Assembly (NCBI GenBank): GCA_011601165.1
Contig: GCA_011601165.1_4547.1
From: Escherichia coli
GTDB taxonomy: Bacteria; Pseudomonadota; Gammaproteobacteria; Enterobacterales; Enterobacteriaceae
Direction: 5' to 3' (one strand)
DNA length: 40,001 bases
Shown: one piece after another, positions 27,563 through 35,873 of the stretch
Position numbering within the stretch: position 1 is the stretch's first letter
How the letters are laid out: each line of letters begins with the position of its first letter
The notes under the pieces: model-generated
Database searches by the model: none
The model's input: only the letters and a program-made list of their open reading frames with translations
Told to the model about the DNA's origin: nothing
Program-made: the position numbers and the translations under genes

Positions 27563-28354
27563 TTAAGAGTTAAAGATGCGGTCAACGCGAACAGTCAGGG
27601 AGGTCAGAGTAAGGTCCTCAGACCCTGTAACTGCAATGCCAAGCATGATGCCAGTAGTAACGAACGAGTCGTCTGTATTAGCTATGTAGCTATGGATGGC
27701 TGCCTCACGAATGGTGAATAACTGCTGGTCATCTGTGTCCGTCACGGAAGACATGGTAGTGTTATCGGGTCTACGCAGCTGCACTCGCCACTTATGGGCT
27801 GAGGCTGTAGGGAACTCACCAGCGAACCGAACGACGAAGTTTACACCACTGAGTCCCTCTTTAGCTGGGAACATCATCTTTCCTTCGGAGATAGTAACGA
27901 CGCCGCTGTCCACTCTCTTCACTAAAGGTAGAGTCATTAGGTTAGTGAACTGACCAGCCGCACACACTTGGGTTCCTGACCAGTCGAAGGTATCCAGAGA
28001 ATACTCAGCGTGGGATACAGGACGTGACTCCCGATAAGTATACTCTACCTTAACAAGTCCGACGCCGCTGTTATTCAGCTTGGTGACTTTAAGAATCAGG
28101 AAGTCGTCTTCTGTGGTACCAACCGCTTCCAGACGTACACTGCCTGATTGTAGAGGCCAGCCGCCACCATCGGAGAAATTACCAGTAGCAGACGTACCGT
28201 CGCTTAGTGTAATCCTTGTAGACTCGGCGTTAGCTGGGACCTTCACGTATATTGTACCAGATAACAAGTGACCGGATGCGTTCTTCAGTCCAGATGGGGT
28301 ACCAGTAGCAAAATGCCAAACTACGTCAGTTCTCAAAGTAATAATATTACCCAT
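27563..28354 (-). CDS. hypothetical protein, 263 aa; no T7 counterpart at this position
   Basis: ORF starts 8 nt inside Rz 3' end; Gly/Ser/Thr/Val-rich, predicted beta-rich; no motif recognised. Confidence 0.6.
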   Translation of the reverse strand: MGNIITLRTDVVWHFATGTPSGLKNASGHLLSGTIYVKVPANAESTRITLSDGTSATGNFSDGGGWPLQSGSVRLEAVGTTEDDFLILKVTKLNNSGVGLVKVEYTYRESRPVSHAEYSLDTFDWSGTQVCAAGQFTNLMTLPLVKRVDSGVVTISEGKMMFPAKEGLSGVNFVVRFAGEFPTASAHKWRVQLRRPDNTTMSSVTDTDDQQLFTIREAAIHSYIANTDDSFVTTGIMLGIAVTGSEDLTLTSLTVRVDRIFNS

Positions 28355-28799
28355 TGTCTTTCTCCTTGTCTTGTTGAAGTTTTCGAATAGTATCCTGTAG
28401 TGCTTTAATCCAAGCGTCCCCTTTCAGTCCGATGGAGATAAGACGTTTAGCATCTCGTTCGTCAAGTTCGGCGTAACCATCAATGATGCATCGACCGTCA
28501 CTTTGCGGGGTTCCACTCGTAGGTTTGACTCGGATGCGCAACCGCTTATTGTCAGACTGAAGGTCAGCAATAATCCTATCAGTGCTACCTTCCAGCGAGG
28601 ACATTTCGTCCTGAAACCGTTTGGACACCTTGTTGACTTCAGCTTGGACAGCAAGTCTTGTATCCTCCGATGCCTTAAGATTCGAGGTGTATTCTGCATT
28701 GATCTTAGCCTCCCACTTGTTGTTAGCGGTGTGATAGCCACCAGCAAACATCACTGCTGCAAGTAACCACGGAGCCGCTCTCTTTAAAAAATCGAGCAT
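28347..28799 (-). CDS. 18.5: i-spanin Rz (gp18.5)
   Basis: 150 aa, N-terminal TM helix then coiled coil; Rz1 embedded. Confidence 0.8.
   Translation of the reverse strand: MLDFLKRAAPWLLAAVMFAGGYHTANNKWEAKINAEYTSNLKASEDTRLAVQAEVNKVSKRFQDEMSSLEGSTDRIIADLQSDNKRLRIRVKPTSGTPQSDGRCIIDGYAELDERDAKRLISIGLKGDAWIKALQDTIRKLQQDKEKDNG
28424..28699 (-). CDS. 18.7: o-spanin Rz1 (gp18.7), embedded in Rz in another frame
   Basis: lipobox LTISGC; C-terminus …LMVTPNLTNEMLNV… as T7 Rz1 as recalled; start set at ATG 28699 with SD GGGAGG. Confidence 0.7.
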   Translation of the reverse strand: MQNTPRILRHRRIQDLLSKLKSTRCPNGFRTKCPRWKVALIGLLLTFSLTISGCASESNLRVEPRKVTVDASLMVTPNLTNEMLNVLSPSD

Positions 28800-28854
28800 A
28801 GTTGCCCTCCCGGTTTATCAGATTTCACGTAGAGTCTCCTCCACTAGTTAGTGT

Positions 28855-28896
28855 TAACCATAAAGGCCACTACATATAGTAATGACCTTGAGTCTA
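28855..28896 (-). promoter_or_regulatory. conserved RNA hairpin, candidate RNase III site (R18.5 equivalent)
   Basis: mRNA GACTCAAGGTCATTACTATATGTAGTGGCCTTTATGG. Confidence 0.5.
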
Positions 28897-28900
28897 ACGC

Positions 28901-29164
28901 TTACTGCACTCCATATCCAGTGTCATTATCTTCCGTAGCGGATAGCACCTTATCGTACTCTGCGTTCAGGGCCTCCATATCAGCAAGCGTCTTCTCGTCA
29001 ACAGACACCTTGCTTAGCACGAAGTTGTGACGAGCCAGTAGCTTCTCAATGGCGTTGTAAAGCTGAGGTGAACGCTTAGAGTCATCCCGCAGGTCTTGCA
29101 GCATGAGTCGAGCACGTTCAGTATCTAGCATTAAGAGGAACTTCTCTAAGTCCATCTGCGTCAT
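28901..29164 (-). CDS. 18: terminase small subunit (gp18)
   Basis: 87 aa ORF at the T7 gene 18 position, coupled to holin (ATGA). Confidence 0.7.
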   Translation of the reverse strand: MTQMDLEKFLLMLDTERARLMLQDLRDDSKRSPQLYNAIEKLLARHNFVLSKVSVDEKTLADMEALNAEYDKVLSATEDNDTGYGVQ

Positions 29165-29358
29165 GTTTTACCACCCCCTCCTTTAATCGTTTTGTAGACT
29201 AGCACACCAATCTGGACAACGGTGTACGCGATAGCTGCAACGTAGAACCACTCGTTCAGTGTAAGTCCGAAGAAGAACCGACTGGCACCATCAGCCGCAG
29301 CGGTCCCGACGATAGGAGAGGCTTTAAGGACCTCATTCTTGAAGTCTAACTCAATCAT
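29161..29358 (-). CDS. 17.5: holin (gp17.5)
   Basis: …KASPIVGTAAADGASRFFFGLTLNEWFYVAAIAYTVVQIG… matches T7 gp17.5 as recalled. Confidence 0.85.
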   Translation of the reverse strand: MIELDFKNEVLKASPIVGTAAADGASRFFFGLTLNEWFYVAAIAYTVVQIGVLVYKTIKGGGGKT

Positions 29359-29472
29359 AAAACCTCCAGTTTAAAGCGGGTCGTCCGTGACCATAAGTTG
29401 TTACCATACGTTGGTCAGCGTGTAGTTAGCCTCTACCTCCACAACCTTCGATGACGACATTCCGCTCTAATT

Positions 29473-31917
29473 TTAATTGTACCAACTTGCCTGACTCTGG
29501 GACTTGCTATCACACCTTAATGCGAACGTGTAATACGCAGCCGCCCGCCCGGGGAACGTAAATACAATCCTTGCTGATTGTTTGTCACCAGGTAGAACAG
29601 GCTGCCAGTCAAATTCACCAAACAAGTTAGGGTTGTAGTCTGCGCTATGAATAGTTGCGGTGTCAGGTGCAATAATATCATCACCGTACATCTTTGTTAT
29701 CCGTAACGAACTAGAGCCATCGAATCTCTGCAGTACATACCGGGCGTGCCCGTTAGGATTTGTTCCGTTGTTTGTTGACCCCCTAACTGTAATGTCTAAA
29801 TACGCAACCTGAGTATCATAAAACGACGTTATTTGAGCCTGCCATGTCTGCATACCATCCGGCATAGGAACGGTGACCGTACCCAGTATAGCCGCAGCCG
29901 GAGTTCTTGATACATCAGAACCCTGAGGATACGGGACGTGGGTAATGAAACATTCAGTTTCTGCTGGTCTACCGTTGAACAACGCCGCTTGGATAACATC
30001 CTTCACCCGCGCTGGCTTAATCCGGATGCCTGAAACGTAGATGTTTGTAGCATTTGCTCCATAGGTACTTATGTAAATGGTTTTCCATCCAGCACCTACC
30101 AATGTACCCGCCCATGCGTCCAGTCCTTTTGAGTTTGTTCGACCGCCCTTGACCTGATAGCCGGAGGTTTCGGTAATGGCTTTACCCTGATTACGTTTTA
30201 GTGTGTCTCTGTTGCGCGCCGCTGGTACCCGTGCTGCATACTCAGGGAGCTTTTCGTTAGCCTCTTCAGCAATGGTTACATATGCACCGTCAAGGATCCC
30301 GACTATATCCAGCGTAGCCAGTTCACATCCTAGATAAAAACTGAATGAAATTCTGGCTGTGGAATTAGCGGCAAAATCAGCAACACCGCCATTGGTCAGG
30401 TACGAATTACGCGTATAGGCCATCGTGGCACCTTTATTCCAGAACCCAACTTTTGACGAGCTTCTGCCGACCTGCTGAGAATAAAGTCCGGTTACTGGGA
30501 CGATGTTTTGCACATAACCACCAGCCAATACGAATGAGGCCACTGCTCGACCGTATTTGAAATAACCCTGCTTATTGAAATGCGCCCCATCTGAGTATAT
30601 ACCAGCATATTCAGCATATTGCGTGACAATTTCTGATTCAAATACCGGGCACCCATAAACCTCGGCGATTGACTGTACAAACTGATAATATGGTGCATTA
30701 AAGTTATTACCGGAGTTAAATTGTAGTGCCGTTGTTGTGTGTAAAACTACGCCACAACCCCAATCAATGTATCTCTTTACTAGTTTCTCGATGTACTCAC
30801 AGAACTGTTCAAATGTTGAACCTAACTTACCCTCTGTGTCATTAATGCCGAGCATTATATGAGCGACATGTGCATTTGGGTTAGTTGTCCATCTATCAAA
30901 ACTTGCCTTTGCAGTGTCACCGGAGAAACCACGGTTAATAACAGTTACCGTCGAGTTGGTCATTGCATTTAAAGAATTTTGCAGTTGTTTAGGATATGTG
31001 ATAGGTGCATGAGTTGCCCAATCGCCGTTGTCTGCCGGTACTTTGTCCGCCGAGTTATTGTCATAGCCCGCCGTCAGGCTATCACCAACGCAGACTATTG
31101 TAAGTGGCTCGCCAGAGCGTAAACGTTTATTAGCCTGACCAAGTAACCTACGGTTTTTGTGCCGATATTTAGCTGACGCCAAGCGCTGAATCTCTGCCCC
31201 AATACTATCATCCTGATAAGACTTAGAGTCGTCATAACCCACCAGCCCAGCGCCAGTTCCTTCATTTAAAGCCGCTCTCAACGAGGCATCACCAACGCTA
31301 ACCCATGCACCCAAACCAACGCCGCCGGTTGAAGCTGGGGTTGAACCAGCAGGCACTGTTTTTGGTAGGCCACCATCCCAGCGGTAATACTCACCATCCG
31401 CTTCCCATAGCAGGACCTCGCTCCATGTTGTAACGTTGAAGCCTTTCTCGAAGGAGCGACGGGTAATATAGCCAAGTAGACCTGCCTTGACACTCGAAGA
31501 GATTCGTCGAGCTTCGTCCTCGCTATCCTTAGCGCTAGCAGCAGAGATACCAGCAGCATCGGCATACTCCTTCGCTAAGTCAACAGTTTGGTCTCGACCT
31601 TCTTCTGCAATATGGATAGCCTGAAGCTCTGCATTGGTCAGGTCACTAGCTGTCAACACTGAGCCATTCCTGAAGTCTACCACTAAGTCAGTCCCAGTCT
31701 GACGGTGAATACGAACGATGTCGAAACCTGATTGGTCAACCAACATCTCAATCATCGTTGGGTTAAGGAATCGGTAATCTCGACCAACTTCCAGTACACG
31801 GTTCAGGGTAGGGTTAGAGCTATTCACCAGCGTAACAACAACAAACGTTCTGGCTAGGTAGTCGAACTCAATCCTGTACTGAGTGTTTCCTGAAGGGAAT
31901 TGTGTAATCGTGGACAT
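29473..31917 (-). CDS. 17: tail fiber/tailspike: T7 gp17-type N-terminal anchor plus GDSL/SGNH esterase domain and C-terminal beta-rich region
   Basis: N-terminus …FDYLARTFVVVTL…LVVDFRNGSVL… as T7 gp17; SGNH blocks GDSLT (near 31069-31083), GINDT, DGAHF. Confidence 0.85.
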   Translation of the reverse strand: MSTITQFPSGNTQYRIEFDYLARTFVVVTLVNSSNPTLNRVLEVGRDYRFLNPTMIEMLVDQSGFDIVRIHRQTGTDLVVDFRNGSVLTASDLTNAELQAIHIAEEGRDQTVDLAKEYADAAGISAASAKDSEDEARRISSSVKAGLLGYITRRSFEKGFNVTTWSEVLLWEADGEYYRWDGGLPKTVPAGSTPASTGGVGLGAWVSVGDASLRAALNEGTGAGLVGYDDSKSYQDDSIGAEIQRLASAKYRHKNRRLLGQANKRLRSGEPLTIVCVGDSLTAGYDNNSADKVPADNGDWATHAPITYPKQLQNSLNAMTNSTVTVINRGFSGDTAKASFDRWTTNPNAHVAHIMLGINDTEGKLGSTFEQFCEYIEKLVKRYIDWGCGVVLHTTTALQFNSGNNFNAPYYQFVQSIAEVYGCPVFESEIVTQYAEYAGIYSDGAHFNKQGYFKYGRAVASFVLAGGYVQNIVPVTGLYSQQVGRSSSKVGFWNKGATMAYTRNSYLTNGGVADFAANSTARISFSFYLGCELATLDIVGILDGAYVTIAEEANEKLPEYAARVPAARNRDTLKRNQGKAITETSGYQVKGGRTNSKGLDAWAGTLVGAGWKTIYISTYGANATNIYVSGIRIKPARVKDVIQAALFNGRPAETECFITHVPYPQGSDVSRTPAAAILGTVTVPMPDGMQTWQAQITSFYDTQVAYLDITVRGSTNNGTNPNGHARYVLQRFDGSSSLRITKMYGDDIIAPDTATIHSADYNPNLFGEFDWQPVLPGDKQSARIVFTFPGRAAAYYTFALRCDSKSQSQASWYN

Positions 31918-31963
31918 TATGCCTCCTTTGTGATTTAAACGGAGACCTATGGTAGCGCCTCCA

Positions 31964-31986
31964 GTTTCCTATAGTGATAGTTTAGT
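31964..31986 (-). promoter_or_regulatory. phage RNAP promoter (phi17 equivalent)
   Basis: ACTAAACTATCACTATAGGAAAC. Confidence 0.8.
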
Positions 31987-34900
31987 CCTTGATGTGGATG
32001 CCTTGCTCCTCAAACGTTCCAAGCAACAGCTTCTGGGTAATGGGGTCGTTCGGAACCAGTTCACGGAACGTATTATACATCCCGGTCATGTAGTCACGCT
32101 CGTTGACACGAGTATCAGCCTTTAGGTAGCCAGCCAAGTTGTAAGCCGAAGCGCCAACGTTAGCAGCATATCCGAAAGCTGGAACCTGCTCCAAGAAGTT
32201 ACCAACAACATTCATCACAGGGTCACTTGTAGCTGCACCATACGTGATGGCACGTTCAGGCTTCTCTGTAGGTGAACGAGGTAGGATAGACGAACGGAGC
32301 ATCTTAGTGTCCTCGTACCCAGCGATACCACCCAGAATGTTAGCTACCCCAAGTGGTCCACCGAGATGTGAACTACGGGACAGAGCCGCATATCCAATCA
32401 TCGTCGGGTCCAGAGCTTGCTTGAGGTAGTCACGGTCACGACCATCCTGCATAGCGTAAGCCTTGATATGTGCCTGAGCCATGTAGTAGATACCAGCAAG
32501 ACCCATAGAGATCACAGTGGACAGAGCAGCATCCATCGCTCGGTTGTTCTTCGTGGCGTTATAGAAGGTTCGCATGGTACGCCCATTGATAGACTTGATG
32601 ACGAAGTTCTTAAACTGAAGGACAGCCTTAGCGCGAGGACCATAAGCCTTGGCGTCCATGTTTGACAGCTTGTGGGGCCGGAGTAACGTTTCGTCAGCGA
32701 TGGTGTCACCCATACGCCACAGGTCCATAGCCCTTGGGTCCTGACTGAACGCCTTCTTATCCTTGATGGTATACTTCCCGTCTGGACCACGAGTCACTGA
32801 CTCACGGATTAGGGACTTAATACCCTTCCACTGCTCGTCAGAGATACCAGCGGTCTTCAGCCAGCGGTCATCGAACTTACGCTTACTGCCAGTCAGACTA
32901 TGCTCCACGATGTCAGACAGGAAGCCTTGACGTCCAGCATCTAACAGGTAGTTTGTCGTACCGTTGAGGACTTTAGTGAACGGAGAGCGTACTGCAAGTT
33001 CACCAGTGTAATACTTGGCAGAGCCTAAAACCGTAGCCGTAGGTTTACTCAAGGCGCTGTAAGACCGCAGACGGTCAATGACATCCTGTTTAGACGGACG
33101 GATTGAGTCATCCAGTTCCTTACCGAAGATAACATTGTGCAGGTCCTTAATCTCTGAGGCCCCTACCTTCTTGTTACGGAATGCTAGGTCACGGAAAATC
33201 GGGACTCCATGCAGCATTGCACGGACGTTACCACGGGCCAGCATACCACCAATCTCCGTTAAGTTCTGAACACCCATGTAGGCATTCTTAGCGAAGAACG
33301 ATAGGTCTGTCATTGTGCGCATCACTGTAGCGAAGGCTGCATCATCAGCACCATCACGTCGAGCACGACCAGTGAGAATCTTCAAGGTGTCACGTAAGGT
33401 CGAGACCTCACCTTTCAACTTACCGTCATCCCCGGCCTTGTTCATCATGGTCTCAACCAAGTCCTTCATGTCCTTCGTGGTCTTTCCTGTACCAGCCATG
33501 ATAGCGATGTCCCCATTAACTCGACGGTTGTACGCCGGAACAATCTTGTCCATGTCCCACTCACGCAGGTTGTTGACACTGAAGGTCTGGCCGTTAGGCA
33601 GGACTATTGACATATCGCTATCGAACAGGTTACGAGCCTCAAGGAAGCTGTTGTTCTCCAGACCCACCAGACCGTTGATGTTCTCTTCCATTACGGAGGA
33701 GCGTTCGAACTGCTCGGTGTGAGAGATACCGTAAGCCTTATCATTGGCGTACTTATCGACCGCAGCCGCAAGTCCTTCTGGAGTCAACGTAGGGTCAGCC
33801 TCTAATAGTGCCTCGTCCACACGTTTCTTGACTTCAGGTCGAGACGCATAGCTGGTAAGCCATGACTTCTTGATTGCCTCCTGCAACGCCTCTGGACTCC
33901 CAAGCTCCTTGATGTACAGCTCCTTCATCTGGTGGCTATACACATGCGGGACGTAGGTTCCCTTGAAGCGGCTACCCGGAAAGATAGACTTAGCGTCTGG
34001 ACGCCCAAACATAGACGGGTTCTCCATCATCTCACGCTTGGCGTCAAACTGGTTCTTCAGCAGGTCATATACTTTCAGCTCTCCCGGAGTCAGTTCAGCC
34101 TTCAGGTTCCCACTACCATCTTCGATAGCCATAGACACGCGCTGATAGATGTCTTGACGGAATGCGCCAGAGTCTCGCCAGAATGCTGTCTGGAAGTAAG
34201 GGTCCTTGAGTGCCTCAGTAATAGCATCGTCGATGTCGTTGTAGAACCGATGGTCCACAGCACGAAGTCTCTCGAATACGTCTGACGCTGTGGTCCCGAT
34301 TTTACCTGAAGCCCCAGACTGCATACCAGTTGGTGAACGCACTAAGTCAGCAGCTACTCCCCGAATCTCAGGGTTCTCAGACCGAAGCAGCTTCAGGCCA
34401 ATCTCAGTCAGACCACCAAGGTTCACACCAGCAGCGGCACGTTCAGGCTCAATCACTTCGTCAAAGACCTTACGTGTCTTAGGGTTAAGAGGGTTCTCAC
34501 CAATCAGGATTGAACCATCTTCAAGTCGTACACTGCCCGGCTCATTCGGAACGTCAGCGAACTTAACGCCTTGATGACTAAAGGTCTGCTCACCTTCCTG
34601 AATGGGGAGACGAGACAGGTCTTGACCATCAACGTTACGAGCGGTCTCACGAGCTTCCAGACGTGTAGCTGGACCAGCGAACTCGTTAGTGTTTCGTCCT
34701 AAGGCTCTGCCTAGCCCATCAGCGATAGCAGTCATACCACCACCGAAGAGAGCACCACCAAGGATAGCTTCAGCCACATGAGCATCACCGCCAGCCACTG
34801 AGGTACGGGCCATCTCAGACACACCAGCCAGTGCCCCAGATTGAGCAGCCACGGTGAACATCTTGTTGACCAGCTTGCCACCTTTACCCACCTGTCCAGC

Positions 34901-35869
34901 GATAGGAACGTAAGTCAGAGGGTCCACGCCAGCGCCAATCACACCAGCCGCCAGTTGAGCGCCAGTCCCAGCCTTGGCCTTCTCTTGGTCCAACTTCTGG
35001 TTCTCAAGCGCCAAGTTAATAAGCTCGGTCAGGTTCTGAGGAGAGCCGCCAGTAATGACTCCGTAATACTGAGGCAGCACCCCAGCGTTACGAATCTGGT
35101 CCAGCTCCTCACGCGACCACTTATGGTTGTTCCATCTGGTCGGGTTGAACACATCACCAATGACATCCAGTGAATCCTCAGTCTGGCCAGCTCGGATAGC
35201 CACGCCGACCATAGAGTTCTTCACTTCAGCTTCTGTAGCCGCACCGAAACCGAACCACGTAGAGCGATCCTCTCGCTCCTGCAGGGTCTCTCCAGTAGCC
35301 TTATAGAACATCTCACCGAACGATTCGTTGGGAGCTTCAGGTGCTTGACCCTCAATGTTCAGACCAGCAGCGGTCGGAAGGTTCTCACCCAGAGCTACTT
35401 TAGGTTTAGCCTTGAGTCCTTCCGTGAGTGCGTCAAATACGTTAGCGCTTACTGGTGGAGTCTTTGGGCTGATACCGTTGAGTGCTCTTGCGACTCCCTG
35501 CTGATAGACTTCAGGGTTGTACCGGGAGCCTGTCTCATGGAAGCTGATAGCTTGCACCAGAGAAGACAGGGTGTCCGGGTTCGAGAGGTCGAGACTCTGG
35601 GTAGCTGGAATACCAGTCGCAGCCACCACTGAGTCAATATAAGCCTGAGTGTCGTTCTCATTAGGAGGTGCCCATCGGTTGATAATCTTCTCGATGGAGT
35701 CATAACCTTGGCGACCGTAGGACAGCAGGTTTTTACCTAAAGCTCGGACGCCAGACTCTGGACTATCGAAGGTGACGAATGCGCCATCATCTCCAGTCAT
35801 TCCTTCCCATTGGTCCTTACTTACCCGGATGTTCCCCGGATTGTTATTGCGAATACCTCGAGTCGCCAT
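31982..35869 (-). CDS. 16: internal virion protein D with N-terminal lytic transglycosylase domain (gp16)
   Basis: about 1295 aa; start reset to ATG 35869 (MATRG) with SD AAGGAG; size and position as T7 gp16. Confidence 0.9.
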   Translation of the reverse strand: MATRGIRNNNPGNIRVSKDQWEGMTGDDGAFVTFDSPESGVRALGKNLLSYGRQGYDSIEKIINRWAPPNENDTQAYIDSVVAATGIPATQSLDLSNPDTLSSLVQAISFHETGSRYNPEVYQQGVARALNGISPKTPPVSANVFDALTEGLKAKPKVALGENLPTAAGLNIEGQAPEAPNESFGEMFYKATGETLQEREDRSTWFGFGAATEAEVKNSMVGVAIRAGQTEDSLDVIGDVFNPTRWNNHKWSREELDQIRNAGVLPQYYGVITGGSPQNLTELINLALENQKLDQEKAKAGTGAQLAAGVIGAGVDPLTYVPIAGQVGKGGKLVNKMFTVAAQSGALAGVSEMARTSVAGGDAHVAEAILGGALFGGGMTAIADGLGRALGRNTNEFAGPATRLEARETARNVDGQDLSRLPIQEGEQTFSHQGVKFADVPNEPGSVRLEDGSILIGENPLNPKTRKVFDEVIEPERAAAGVNLGGLTEIGLKLLRSENPEIRGVAADLVRSPTGMQSGASGKIGTTASDVFERLRAVDHRFYNDIDDAITEALKDPYFQTAFWRDSGAFRQDIYQRVSMAIEDGSGNLKAELTPGELKVYDLLKNQFDAKREMMENPSMFGRPDAKSIFPGSRFKGTYVPHVYSHQMKELYIKELGSPEALQEAIKKSWLTSYASRPEVKKRVDEALLEADPTLTPEGLAAAVDKYANDKAYGISHTEQFERSSVMEENINGLVGLENNSFLEARNLFDSDMSIVLPNGQTFSVNNLREWDMDKIVPAYNRRVNGDIAIMAGTGKTTKDMKDLVETMMNKAGDDGKLKGEVSTLRDTLKILTGRARRDGADDAAFATVMRTMTDLSFFAKNAYMGVQNLTEIGGMLARGNVRAMLHGVPIFRDLAFRNKKVGASEIKDLHNVIFGKELDDSIRPSKQDVIDRLRSYSALSKPTATVLGSAKYYTGELAVRSPFTKVLNGTTNYLLDAGRQGFLSDIVEHSLTGSKRKFDDRWLKTAGISDEQWKGIKSLIRESVTRGPDGKYTIKDKKAFSQDPRAMDLWRMGDTIADETLLRPHKLSNMDAKAYGPRAKAVLQFKNFVIKSINGRTMRTFYNATKNNRAMDAALSTVISMGLAGIYYMAQAHIKAYAMQDGRDRDYLKQALDPTMIGYAALSRSSHLGGPLGVANILGGIAGYEDTKMLRSSILPRSPTEKPERAITYGAATSDPVMNVVGNFLEQVPAFGYAANVGASAYNLAGYLKADTRVNERDYMTGMYNTFRELVPNDPITQKLLLGTFEEQGIHIKD

Positions 35870-35873
35870 TATG

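Noticed and set aside
30492-31565. Minus-strand ORFs 30492-30698 and 31278-31565 inside the tail fiber gene in other frames
   Set aside because: Alternative-frame ORFs within a long conserved gene; no evidence of independent translation.
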